A DNA stretch of 44,082 nt. It comes from an uncultured Chthoniobacteraceae bacterium. GTDB taxonomy: Bacteria > Verrucomicrobiota > Verrucomicrobiia > Chthoniobacterales > CAKUMP01. Location of the stretch: the NCBI GenBank assembly GCA_964443575.1, contig CAYUDZ010000005.1, positions 1 to 44,082 of the forward strand. Reading direction: 5' to 3'. Shown here in pieces: positions 30,233 through 38,777 of the stretch. The position numbers and the translations under genes are program-made. How positions within the stretch are numbered: position 1 is the first letter of the stretch; each line of letters starts with the position of its first letter. Under the pieces are notes generated by a model, which had not been told where the DNA came from, did not search any database, and worked only from the letters and a program-made list of their open reading frames with translations.

Positions 30233-32022
30233 TCGTCCATTGCCTCCACGTCGGATACCGTCACCCGTAAAACTTCTTCAACTGTGGTCTCACCGGCTAT
30301 CACTTTATTCCAGCCGTCCTGGCGCAATGGCAACATTCCTTCGGCAATCGCTACCGGACGCAACACGGTACCGGGCTCACGTGCAGTAATCATCTCCTCC
30401 AAGCGCGGGCTGAGAATACACATTTCCATGATCGCTCTGCGGCCGGCATAGCCGGTGAAACGGCAACGTTCACAGCCAACAGCTTTGCGGATTTTATCTG
30501 CATGTTGTACTGGAAAGCCAATGTCAGCGAGGTATTCATGCTGGTACTCAGCCGGTTCCCGGCAATCCTTACATAGAACGCGCACCAGTCGCTGGGCCAG
30601 AAAAGCTCGCACCGATGAGCTGACCAGAAACGGCTCAACGCCCATATCCAGTAGGCGCGTAATGCCACCGATCGCGTCGTTGGTATGTAAGGTGCTAAAT
30701 ACCAGGTGCCCGGTAAGCGCCGCCCGAATAGCAATTTCGGTAGTTTCGAGGTCGCGCATCTCACCCACCATGACGACATTCGGGTCGCCACGCAGGATAC
30801 TGCGCAAGCCGCTGGCGAAGGTCAGGTTGATCTCCGGGCGTACGGCAATCTGGATCACCCCCTCGAGTTTCTGTTCCACCGGGTCTTCTATGGTCACTAT
30901 CCTCCGGTCCTTGGTGTTCAGCACGCTCAGAAATGCGTAGAGGGAAGTCGACTTACCGCAGCCGGTTGGCCCGGTCAGAAGGATAATACCATTGGGCATA
31001 TCCAGCAGCGAACGTACTTTTCCGGCAGACTTATCATCTAACCCGAGCATATCAAAATTGAACCGTTGCTGCCCGAGCAGTCGCATGCTGATGCTTTCCC
31101 CGGTGACCGACGGAATTGTTGCTACACGCACATCGATCGGGCGACCTTCAAATTCCAGATTGATTCGACCATCCTGCGGCAACCGCCTTTCAGCGATATC
31201 AAGATCAGCCATGATTTTTAACCGTGACAAGACAGACGACTGAAGCAGCTTGATCTGGGAAGGCACGGGGATTTCATGCAGCACTCCATCAATCCGGTAA
31301 CGAATTCTCAGGTCATCTTCGAGCGGCTCGATATGGATATCGGTAGCTCGTTCGCGCAACGCTTCACGGATGATCTGGTTGACAAATTTAACCACCGAGG
31401 CTTCCGAGTCATCCATATCGAGGATCGTCGTCTCTTGCTTTAACTCGCTGACCACTGCATCATCACCTCGCTCTGCCAACAACTCCTCAAATGTTTCAGC
31501 TCCTATTCCGTACCCCTGCCGCAACGACTCGAGGATTTGTCGACGTGTGGCCATCCCCCACAGGAACGGCCCCGTGACCTTGCGGTTGACTGTCTGCCGG
31601 GCAAAAAAATCGAACGGGTCATAGGTTAGGATCCTGATCCGCGACACTTCCGCATCCGTTTCTTCTTCGCTATCACTATCCTTGGTCTCAGCCTGCGGTT
31701 CATACTCTTCATTCTGTGGCAGCAAATGATAGCGTAAGGCAATCCGTACCGGAAAGCGCTCGCGCAACGGCGCCGGCACGGGCTGAATATCATCGCCAAA
31801 CCACGGCAAGCCGGTAAGCCCGGCCAAGCGTTCTAAAAAGGCCGATTCACTGAAATTACCCAGATCCAGCATCGCGCTGACCAATGGCCGCTTTTGCTCG
31901 CGCGCTTCTTCCAGTGTCTCTCGACATGCCTCTATATCGGTGCAGCCAGCTTCCTCGGCGGCCTGCAGCAGGAGGGCCGCAGGTTTTGTTGCAATTTTTT
32001 CTGATGGAGCTGATACCGACAT
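30229..32022 (-). CDS. gspE: Type II secretion / pilus assembly ATPase (GspE/PulE/PilB)
   Basis: ERRLPQDGR, GPTGCGKS, TIEDPVE, VGEMRD, TGHLVFSTLHTND, CKDC...CERC. Confidence 0.92.
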   Translation of the reverse strand: MSVSAPSEKIATKPAALLLQAAEEAGCTDIEACRETLEEAREQKRPLVSAMLDLGNFSESAFLERLAGLTGLPWFGDDIQPVPAPLRERFPVRIALRYHLLPQNEEYEPQAETKDSDSEEETDAEVSRIRILTYDPFDFFARQTVNRKVTGPFLWGMATRRQILESLRQGYGIGAETFEELLAERGDDAVVSELKQETTILDMDDSEASVVKFVNQIIREALRERATDIHIEPLEDDLRIRYRIDGVLHEIPVPSQIKLLQSSVLSRLKIMADLDIAERRLPQDGRINLEFEGRPIDVRVATIPSVTGESISMRLLGQQRFNFDMLGLDDKSAGKVRSLLDMPNGIILLTGPTGCGKSTSLYAFLSVLNTKDRRIVTIEDPVEQKLEGVIQIAVRPEINLTFASGLRSILRGDPNVVMVGEMRDLETTEIAIRAALTGHLVFSTLHTNDAIGGITRLLDMGVEPFLVSSSVRAFLAQRLVRVLCKDCREPAEYQHEYLADIGFPVQHADKIRKAVGCERCRFTGYAGRRAIMEMCILSPRLEEMITAREPGTVLRPVAIAEGMLPLRQDGWNKVIAGETTVEEVLRVTVSDVEAMDE

Positions 32023-32165
32023 GGATAATTAATCTATGCCATCCACACTAATTGTAAATATCTCTTGCCCGATTACGAGCAGTTTTGAGTCAGTATCCTT
32101 TTCCTAATCATGATCACAACCTGGACTATTGGCCCTGAAGGCGAATATTACGGGCAAGATTCGGA

Positions 32166-32642
32166 TTAGCTTTGCTCGGAACACTTGGGACAGATCCCGA
32201 AGACTTCAAGAGAGTGGGTCACATTGGAAAATCCAGCATCACGGGCAGCCTGCTCGAGCGGTCCGGCGACACATTGCTTATCGAGTATCTCGACGCTATG
32301 GCAGCGACGGCAAATAATATGGTGGTGGTGGTTGCCACCGATTTCAAAGCGCTGGGCACCGTCGCCAAAATCGCAACGGCGTACAATTGCTACTTCCGCT
32401 AGCGCCGATAACGACCGGTAAAGTGTCACCAGATCACAGGTGCCGGCAGGCAGGCGGTCATGGATTTCCTCTACCGTAAATGGTCCATGCTCACGTGCCA
32501 GGACTTCCAGCATGGCACGGCGCGGTGCAGTCATTCGCAAGTTCGACTGCGCTAACTCAACCAACGCCTTATCCAGCAATTCAGTATTTTCCTCGCTGTC
32601 GTGACACTTGCAGCCGGTGACATGGTTCGCAACGTTATCCAT
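32166..32642 (-). CDS. Fur-family transcriptional regulator (Zur-like features)
   Basis: RMTAPRRAML, TLYRSL, HHHHIICRRC, C-terminal GICPKC; N-terminal HVTGCKCH extension. Confidence 0.9.
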   Translation of the reverse strand: MDNVANHVTGCKCHDSEENTELLDKALVELAQSNLRMTAPRRAMLEVLAREHGPFTVEEIHDRLPAGTCDLVTLYRSLSALAEVAIVRRCDFGDGAQRFEIGGNHHHHIICRRCHSVEILDKQCVAGPLEQAARDAGFSNVTHSLEVFGICPKCSEQS

Positions 32643-32667
32643 TAATCCACAGTAACCGGAAAGCCGC

Positions 32668-32714
32668 AAAAAATAAACCGGCTGGTGGAATAATAATTCC
32701 TACCAGCCGGTTTA
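32668..32714 (-). terminator. Intrinsic terminator after the outer-membrane barrel gene
   Basis: TAAACCGGCTGGT / ACCAGCCGGTTTA 13-bp stem plus inner GGAAT/ATTCC stem, followed on the minus strand by TTTTTT. Confidence 0.8.
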
Positions 32715-32736
32715 CTCTGAAGTTAGTATATTGCTT

Positions 32737-33780
32737 TTAAAATGCGTATTGCCAACCTACAACCAACATCCAATCCCTAGCTAACTGCAGACCGTTGACA
32801 TCCTGATAAATCGGAACAACAACTTCTACGCCAAGCCTGTTTCTCGATAGCGCTCCCTCTGCCACCTGAAAATTAACACCAAAACCAGCATCAAGGTAGG
32901 TGCCCCCTGAATTACTGGCATCCATTGGCGGTGCCATTATACGCGAAATTCTTCGATCCACTCCTTCTATCTCAGAGATGTAGTCAGCTGACAAACGAAC
33001 TGATAGGCTCACCCAGTCTGACAGCATGCACGCCAACCAAGCAGTACCGTTGACCCGATCCCCGAAAGAGTATCCACGGTCATTATCACCAAGATGAATT
33101 CTACCGGAAAGTTGTGTTCCACCGGATAGTATACCGGCCTGCCAGAGCCAGGTGGCACTAGGCAGCAAATCCCAAGTCCCGGTGGTAAATTGCATCGGGT
33201 AAGCAAGTTCATTCTGTTCGCCAATTGGTACACTCACGCCAAGCCCTAAATGGACACGCTGATGATGGTCATTATAGATTCGAAAGAGTGCGGAACACTT
33301 AAGGTCTCCCCAGCCGCTCACTTCGTTGCTAAACGTAGCCCCTCTCATAATCCTAGCCATACTTCCCGGTGCGGTCACATGATCCATCGACTTTTCCCCG
33401 TAACTTCCCATCAACATCAAGGTGAGCCAATCTGCCGGTGCGTACATCCCTCCAAACATGTGCATTTGTGTTTGCATGCTAGTTGGTGCTACCGCAAAGC
33501 CACGCTCAAATACCCCTTGCGAACTGACGCTGTCGGTACCAGCTTTTTGTCCGTCCATTGCCATGAACATATAGCGGTAGGAGAGCATAAACTCACCACC
33601 GTGATGGGTATGGTCAGACATCACTCCGATCGGCGCATGCGAGTCTGGACGACTCGGATCCCAAAAACTATTCACCTCTAACTCATTACTCTGCTTGCTA
33701 TCAATAACCACTTCATCCGCCGGCAGAATAGTGCCGGTAAAACAAAAAATTCCCGCTGAAAATACAATTAATTTATTCAT
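32737..33780 (-). CDS. Met/His-rich outer-membrane beta-barrel protein, putative metal channel
   Basis: Signal peptide, RPDSHAPIGVMSDHTHH motif, amphipathic strands, C-terminal WQYAF. Confidence 0.75.
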   Translation of the reverse strand: MNKLIVFSAGIFCFTGTILPADEVVIDSKQSNELEVNSFWDPSRPDSHAPIGVMSDHTHHGGEFMLSYRYMFMAMDGQKAGTDSVSSQGVFERGFAVAPTSMQTQMHMFGGMYAPADWLTLMLMGSYGEKSMDHVTAPGSMARIMRGATFSNEVSGWGDLKCSALFRIYNDHHQRVHLGLGVSVPIGEQNELAYPMQFTTGTWDLLPSATWLWQAGILSGGTQLSGRIHLGDNDRGYSFGDRVNGTAWLACMLSDWVSLSVRLSADYISEIEGVDRRISRIMAPPMDASNSGGTYLDAGFGVNFQVAEGALSRNRLGVEVVVPIYQDVNGLQLARDWMLVVGWQYAF

Positions 33781-34000
33781 AAATATCATGCTGTTTATAT
33801 AGGCACAGCTTGAGCCTTTGTAAGCTAATTGAACTCGACGTGCTCCCAAAAGTCATTCCGGGAAGCTCGTAGAGCAAACTCAAGAATCCTGCTAACCCCG
33901 ACCTAAGCCGGTCTGCAAAAACCCGTTCACACGGGCATTTCATGCAAAGGGAAAAACCACTCTCTTGAAGATCAGGATTTGTCCCGATTAGAACTTCAAA
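33781..34000 (-). promoter_or_regulatory. Structured intergenic RNA leader / candidate attenuator
   Basis: At least three hairpins whose non-Watson-Crick pairs are G-U on the minus strand; one is GCCCGT-GTGA-ACGGGT-TTTT. Confidence 0.5.
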
Positions 34001-34372
34001 TTACCATCGTGGTGGTGGCGTCAAAGGGGCAGGGTCCAACGCCTCGGCAAACATCCCAGACACAACTAAAGTGCCGACCTGCTTTCTGGCAGACAGAATC
34101 CATGCTTTCAATAGAGTAAATCCGAGAACAGGTTTGTTTTCATCGTGTGCGGGTAATTGCCCGGAATCATGGTGCTTATCTGCTAGTTCGAGTATTGCTG
34201 CGTGACATCTGGCACATGCCCTTTCACCGCTAAAGGTGTCACTAACAGCTACCACCAGCGGATGATTGCGCAAGGCCTCGCCCAGCATTGATGACCACCC
34301 GATCACCTGAATCCCTGGACCACTAAACCCAGATACCTGAAATGCTACCACCAGAACTAGGAGCCGCAGCAT
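34001..34372 (-). CDS. DUF2946/CruR-like small membrane protein with CxxC and C-terminal PPPR, candidate leader peptide
   Basis: Hydrophobic N-terminus, TFSGERACARCH, ends PAPLTPPPRW. Start 34372 (alternative 34429). Confidence 0.65.
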   Translation of the reverse strand: MLRLLVLVVAFQVSGFSGPGIQVIGWSSMLGEALRNHPLVVAVSDTFSGERACARCHAAILELADKHHDSGQLPAHDENKPVLGFTLLKAWILSARKQVGTLVVSGMFAEALDPAPLTPPPRW

Positions 34373-34466
34373 GCCCTGCCCAAGTTGCTTCGACTTGGAA
34401 TCATCAATTTGCAGGCTTTCAAAGATCATCGCATGTTGCCCCTAGGAAACATTCTCAGCTTTCAGA

Positions 34467-35018
34467 CTACTCCCTGGATCTCAGGTCTTCGATGAGGTAG
34501 GCCAATGCCTCGGCCTGATTGGGGTGGTGTGCCAGCTCGGATTTCAGTCCGGTAAGCTTATTGTACAGCTCGGCGCCGAGCTTATTCTGGAGTCGTTGTT
34601 CGTGCTGCTTAGTGAACTCGCTATCGCGGATTGCTTTCTGCCATGGCGCGGTAAAAATCTTATGCAGGTTGCGGTGGATACCGCCGTTCTTGAGTGCTTC
34701 CCACTCGCCTTCATCGAGCCAAACACCACCGGTCACTGATCGATCGACCCGGAAGTCCAGACCGTGGCCGACACGATAACGGGTCATTAATGTCCCGCTT
34801 TCCGGGCAAATTTTTACCATGTCATCAAATTCACTACAGGGACTCTCGGGGGCATCCTCCTGCTCAGGCGTATCATTCTTTGGTTGTGTATGCTGCCATT
34901 TCCAATAGTCCTCGAGTGCTATGTAAATACCATTGCTTTGTGGGCAGCGATAAACCTTTAAGCCGCCTTCAAGAGTCTCCTCGCTCAGCTCTGCTGCTTT
35001 ATTTACCGGGCTTCTCAT
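34467..35018 (-). CDS. zf-TFIIB-like tandem zinc-ribbon protein with most cysteines lost
   Basis: MRSPVN / YRCPQSNGIYI / ICPESGTLM / VDRSVTGGVWLDEGEW pattern. Confidence 0.6.
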   Translation of the reverse strand: MRSPVNKAAELSEETLEGGLKVYRCPQSNGIYIALEDYWKWQHTQPKNDTPEQEDAPESPCSEFDDMVKICPESGTLMTRYRVGHGLDFRVDRSVTGGVWLDEGEWEALKNGGIHRNLHKIFTAPWQKAIRDSEFTKQHEQRLQNKLGAELYNKLTGLKSELAHHPNQAEALAYLIEDLRSRE

Positions 35019-35039
35019 TGTTCTTTTTTGGGTTAGTGG

Positions 35040-35459
35040 TTATTGAAAGGTGATATTTTTTACTCCTGCAGCGCCACATGCCGTCATCACTTCGATGATT
35101 CGTGAATGCCGGGTGCGCGAGTCCGGGTTCAATACGACAACCTGGCTGTTGGGTCCGGTTGCCAGTTTTTCCTGCAACCAGTTACGCAATAGCGGTCGCC
35201 GACTGCGTTGGGTGACAAACACCTGCTCATCGCCAATTGTCACTTGGCCGTCCTCCGCAATATTGATGATGATAGGCTCACTGGCTGCCGGTGCGCTGTC
35301 GCTGTCACTCACATTGGGCAGGTTCGTATCTGTCTGCCGCTCGATCATTTGCACGCCTACATTTGCCATAAAGAACAGTAGCAGCACAAAAATTACATCA
35401 ACCATCGGTGCTATCTGAAACCCGATATCTCCATCATCTGTACTCAGTTGTCCCGCCAT
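35040..35459 (-). CDS. exbD: Biopolymer transporter ExbD/TolR
   Basis: IAPMVDVIFVLLLFFM TM with conserved Asp; GVKNITF. Confidence 0.88.
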   Translation of the reverse strand: MAGQLSTDDGDIGFQIAPMVDVIFVLLLFFMANVGVQMIERQTDTNLPNVSDSDSAPAASEPIIINIAEDGQVTIGDEQVFVTQRSRRPLLRNWLQEKLATGPNSQVVVLNPDSRTRHSRIIEVMTACGAAGVKNITFQ

Positions 35460-35467
35460 ATGATACC

Positions 35468-35953
35468 TCAGCTTGTTTCCTGTTCCGTCTCAGCCCGGTC
35501 GTCGATAACAGAAAATGTCACGTTGGTAACGCCTGCCTTGCCGAGGGCCTGCATTAATTCCTTCAGGTAAGCGTAGCGGGTATTGCGGTGGGCGCGAACC
35601 ACCACGCGCATCGACGAGTTCTTCAATAGCAGTCGCTGAATTGCCGGCATCAATTCCTCCGGCTGCTGATAGCTTTCGTTATTCATGGTGATCGAGCCAA
35701 TCTCGGTCACCGGTTCCCAACCGATATTGATAATTGTCTGGGTGTTATTTTTAAGTGTACTCCCGGCCTCTGCAGATGCCGGCAGCTTGATATCCTGATC
35801 CGCCTGCATCAATTCGGTCGAACTGATCGACAAAAAGAAAACCAGCAGCACCAGCAACACGTCGATCATCGGTGCGACTTGAAATTCCGGAGATTCATCC
35901 AACTCACGATGCTTTGCCAACCTCGCTTGCTGGGCTTTGTTACATTGCAACAT
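35468..35953 (-). CDS. exbD: Biopolymer transporter ExbD/TolR, second copy
   Basis: VAPMIDVLLVLLVFFL, IKLP, VVVRA, AGVTNVTF. Confidence 0.88.
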   Translation of the reverse strand: MLQCNKAQQARLAKHRELDESPEFQVAPMIDVLLVLLVFFLSISSTELMQADQDIKLPASAEAGSTLKNNTQTIINIGWEPVTEIGSITMNNESYQQPEELMPAIQRLLLKNSSMRVVVRAHRNTRYAYLKELMQALGKAGVTNVTFSVIDDRAETEQETS

Positions 35954-35971
35954 GGCAGTTAACCGTGTGAC

Positions 35972-36955
35972 CTAGTCTTTCCAGCTCAGGGTGGCACCGC
36001 AGTGCGGACACGGGTTGACCCCGGGCTCGATATCGCCGCTGCAAACCGGACAATTGGTGGTCATCGACAGTGAGACACTACGCGCCATCATGCCCTCGGT
36101 TCCAATCTCCCGGTTACTCACGCTAAATTGTTCACCAATCCGCACACCCTCCAACTCTTCGTAGGGCAAGTCCACCAGCAGGCTATTAATCTTGTCGTCG
36201 GCAAAGACGATAGCGATTTGCGCAGAGTTCCTGAATACGTAGTAAAAAATAAATGCCGGAATGGCAATGAACAGCCCCCCCGCAGTAGCAAAGAGCACCT
36301 CCGCGATCGATGTTGACAACGCACGCGGATCAGAAATCCCGTAATCCCCCAGTGTGGAAAAGGCACCGATCATCCCGATCACAGTACCCAACAGCCCCAA
36401 CATCGGTGACACTACACCGATGACCGACAGATAACTGTTGCGCGTGCGAATCAGTTGCGCCTCTCGCAGACCATGGTCGATTACCGCGTCGTAAGTCGCC
36501 TCTTTGCCACGCCCGATGCGTTCCAGTGCACCACCCATCACATTCGCCAGATAATTATTATTGCTCTGGCAGATCTGCCAGGCTTCCTGGTAATTGCCAT
36601 TGGTGATTGCCTCGCGGATCGAGAATACCAGTGGTGGTGGAGCTACCTTATCTCTGCGAAGGGTCAGTAAGTTTTGCACCACCAGCGCAACCATTACGAT
36701 TGAGGTAGCAAAAATTGCCATCCAGATCAGAACAAGTAGTGGCCCCCCACCAAGAATTATCTCCATAACCGTTTGCCCCTCTTCTGCCTCCGCCGCCTGC
36801 ACGCTGGCCAGCGGCAAACTGATCAGGCAAAAAAACAGCCGCAACAATAAGCGCTTGGCATTAGCTGTTCGCGGCAATCCGCTGGTCTCGTGATTTGCCT
36901 CCGGGGGAGCAGTTTCAGGCGCTAAGACAGCACTGCGAAGTTGTGAATTTTTCAT
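35972..36955 (-). CDS. exbB: MotA/TolQ/ExbB proton channel with C-terminal zinc ribbon
   Basis: SPMLGLLGTVIGMI.AF, IAEVL.ATAGGL.IAIPA; tail CPVC-x10-CPHCG. Start uncertain (36955 or downstream). Confidence 0.85.
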   Translation of the reverse strand: MKNSQLRSAVLAPETAPPEANHETSGLPRTANAKRLLLRLFFCLISLPLASVQAAEAEEGQTVMEIILGGGPLLVLIWMAIFATSIVMVALVVQNLLTLRRDKVAPPPLVFSIREAITNGNYQEAWQICQSNNNYLANVMGGALERIGRGKEATYDAVIDHGLREAQLIRTRNSYLSVIGVVSPMLGLLGTVIGMIGAFSTLGDYGISDPRALSTSIAEVLFATAGGLFIAIPAFIFYYVFRNSAQIAIVFADDKINSLLVDLPYEELEGVRIGEQFSVSNREIGTEGMMARSVSLSMTTNCPVCSGDIEPGVNPCPHCGATLSWKD

Positions 36956-37250
36956 GGCTGATTGTTTTATAGCATCACTAATGCCATCATTTATGGCAGT
37001 TCTAAACATTTCAGATCAGGGAAAGCTTGCCAAGAAACAAAAACAGCTAAAATCTGGCGCGCCAAAAATCGTTCTCAAGCAGCCACTGACCGGCTGCGGG
37101 TTATCGGGTCGTACGGTTCATCTGCGCGAATTGCCGATTGTGGTGGCATCCTGGAAAACGACGACTTTAAGTTTCTCATTGCACATGCCATAGTCATCAC
37201 GCATATAGATCTTTCCGCAATCGGAAAAATCAACCAAGCTAACACCCCGC

Positions 37251-38759
37251 ATGATTACGCTAATTAGAAAAAACCAGAAGACGCTACTGATCATCATCAC
37301 CTTGTTGGTGATCATCGCTTTTGCATTCCTCTACAATAGTACCGAGATGGACAAATTGGGTGCCAACAATATCGGCACCTTCTACGGCCAAACACTATCG
37401 CAGACTGATATCGACCGCCGTGCCCGCTTATTCAATCTGGCGGCAGCTCTCGGTTTTCGTGAAATGCTGGGCACATTATCCGGTCAGGCCATCGGGCAAG
37501 CTACCAACCGCGACGAGGCAGTAATGTCATTTGTTCTAAATGGGATCATTCTGGAGAAGGAATCGGAGCGCCTGCAACTGCGTCCGACCGATGCCGAGAT
37601 CGCTGCCGTTATCCGCGAATTACCGGTATTTCAGACCAACGGTGTTTTTGACCTCCAACGCTACACCCAGTTTTTGGAACGCACGCTAAGCCCAAATGGC
37701 ATGACCGAAACACAATTGCAGGAAGTCATCCGCGCCAAGCTGCAACTCGAGCGGCTCAATAAGCTACTGGGCTCCGCCGCTGTGGCCAACCCACGAGAGG
37801 TGCGCAATGAATGGGAACGCTTTAACCGGCTCTATGACACCTCGATTGTGCGCTTTAACCTCAATACGTTCACCGACCAGGTAAGCCCGGACGAACAGCA
37901 AATCACCGAATTTTTCCAGCAGAATAAAGCCAACTTGATGACCGCTGAGCAGCGGATCGTTAAGGCGGTTGAGTTCTCTTTAACGGCAGAGCAACAAGAG
38001 CTAACCGGCAACGAAAGCATCCAGGCACTGCAGCAGTTGGCCGATCGGGCTGGAGAGTTTACCATTGCCGTGCTGGAGCCGGAGGTGGATTTTGAGCAGC
38101 TTGCTGCAAGCTCCGAGCCACCGCTCGAGATTAGCCAGTACGGTCCTTTCTCACACTCTGAGCCTCCTGAAAAATTCCTCCAGGTACCTGAGTTTGTCCG
38201 CGCAGCATTCGCGCTGAGTGACGAGGACCCGGACAGCGATGCCATCCAGACAGATAACGGCTTTGTCGTCCTGCACCTGCAGACCATTATCCCCAGCCGC
38301 CCCATGAGCTTGGGTGAGGCCCGCGAGCAGATCGTCGCAACACTCGTACAACAGCAGGCGGCCCAACTGATGGAGGAAGCAGCCGAGGCAGCACGCAAAA
38401 CCATCGTGGCCGCAATCTCCGAAAAAGGTGTAAGCTTTGCCGACGCAGCCATCGAGGCCGGCCAGGAAGCCACACAGTTGGCACAGTTTTCACTCAGCAA
38501 CCCGCAACTGGAAGAACCGGAAGCCGCAGCAATTTTCCAATTAGTCGGCAACTTAGAGGCCGGGGAGACCAGCGAGTATGCGACCATCGGTGATAGTGGC
38601 TTTTTGTTGCACATCGACAACACTTCGTTGCCGGATGAATCTGTCTTCGCCTCCGAACAAGAGCAAATCTCCCAAGCCCTGTTGGCACGCAAGCAACAAA
38701 TCGCTTTTTACCAGTGGCTGGCCAATAGAAACGAAGCTGCAAACCTTGAAGGCAACTGA
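37251..38759 (+). CDS. SurA N-terminal-domain / PpiD-like membrane-anchored periplasmic chaperone
   Basis: MITLIRK + TM, PVFQTNGVFD..RY, degenerate parvulin region (DFEQLA..S, TDNGF). Confidence 0.8.
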   Translation: MITLIRKNQKTLLIIITLLVIIAFAFLYNSTEMDKLGANNIGTFYGQTLSQTDIDRRARLFNLAAALGFREMLGTLSGQAIGQATNRDEAVMSFVLNGIILEKESERLQLRPTDAEIAAVIRELPVFQTNGVFDLQRYTQFLERTLSPNGMTETQLQEVIRAKLQLERLNKLLGSAAVANPREVRNEWERFNRLYDTSIVRFNLNTFTDQVSPDEQQITEFFQQNKANLMTAEQRIVKAVEFSLTAEQQELTGNESIQALQQLADRAGEFTIAVLEPEVDFEQLAASSEPPLEISQYGPFSHSEPPEKFLQVPEFVRAAFALSDEDPDSDAIQTDNGFVVLHLQTIIPSRPMSLGEAREQIVATLVQQQAAQLMEEAAEAARKTIVAAISEKGVSFADAAIEAGQEATQLAQFSLSNPQLEEPEAAAIFQLVGNLEAGETSEYATIGDSGFLLHIDNTSLPDESVFASEQEQISQALLARKQQIAFYQWLANRNEAANLEGN

Positions 38760-38777
38760 ACCGTGCGGCAATAGCCA

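Noticed and set aside
32063-32159. 9-bp inverted repeat TCTTGCCCG / CGGGCAAGA as MITE ends
   Set aside because: Short, no clear target-site duplication and no second copy seen.
33781-34000. Known riboswitch (cobalamin, c-di-GMP, TPP) in the spacer
   Set aside because: Conserved cores not found on the transcribed strand; AAAGGGAA occurs only on the opposite strand. An Rfam scan is still needed.
37010-37250. tRNA or sRNA in the exbB-surA intergenic region
   Set aside because: No cloverleaf or T-loop motif; only two small hairpins, consistent with a divergent promoter region.
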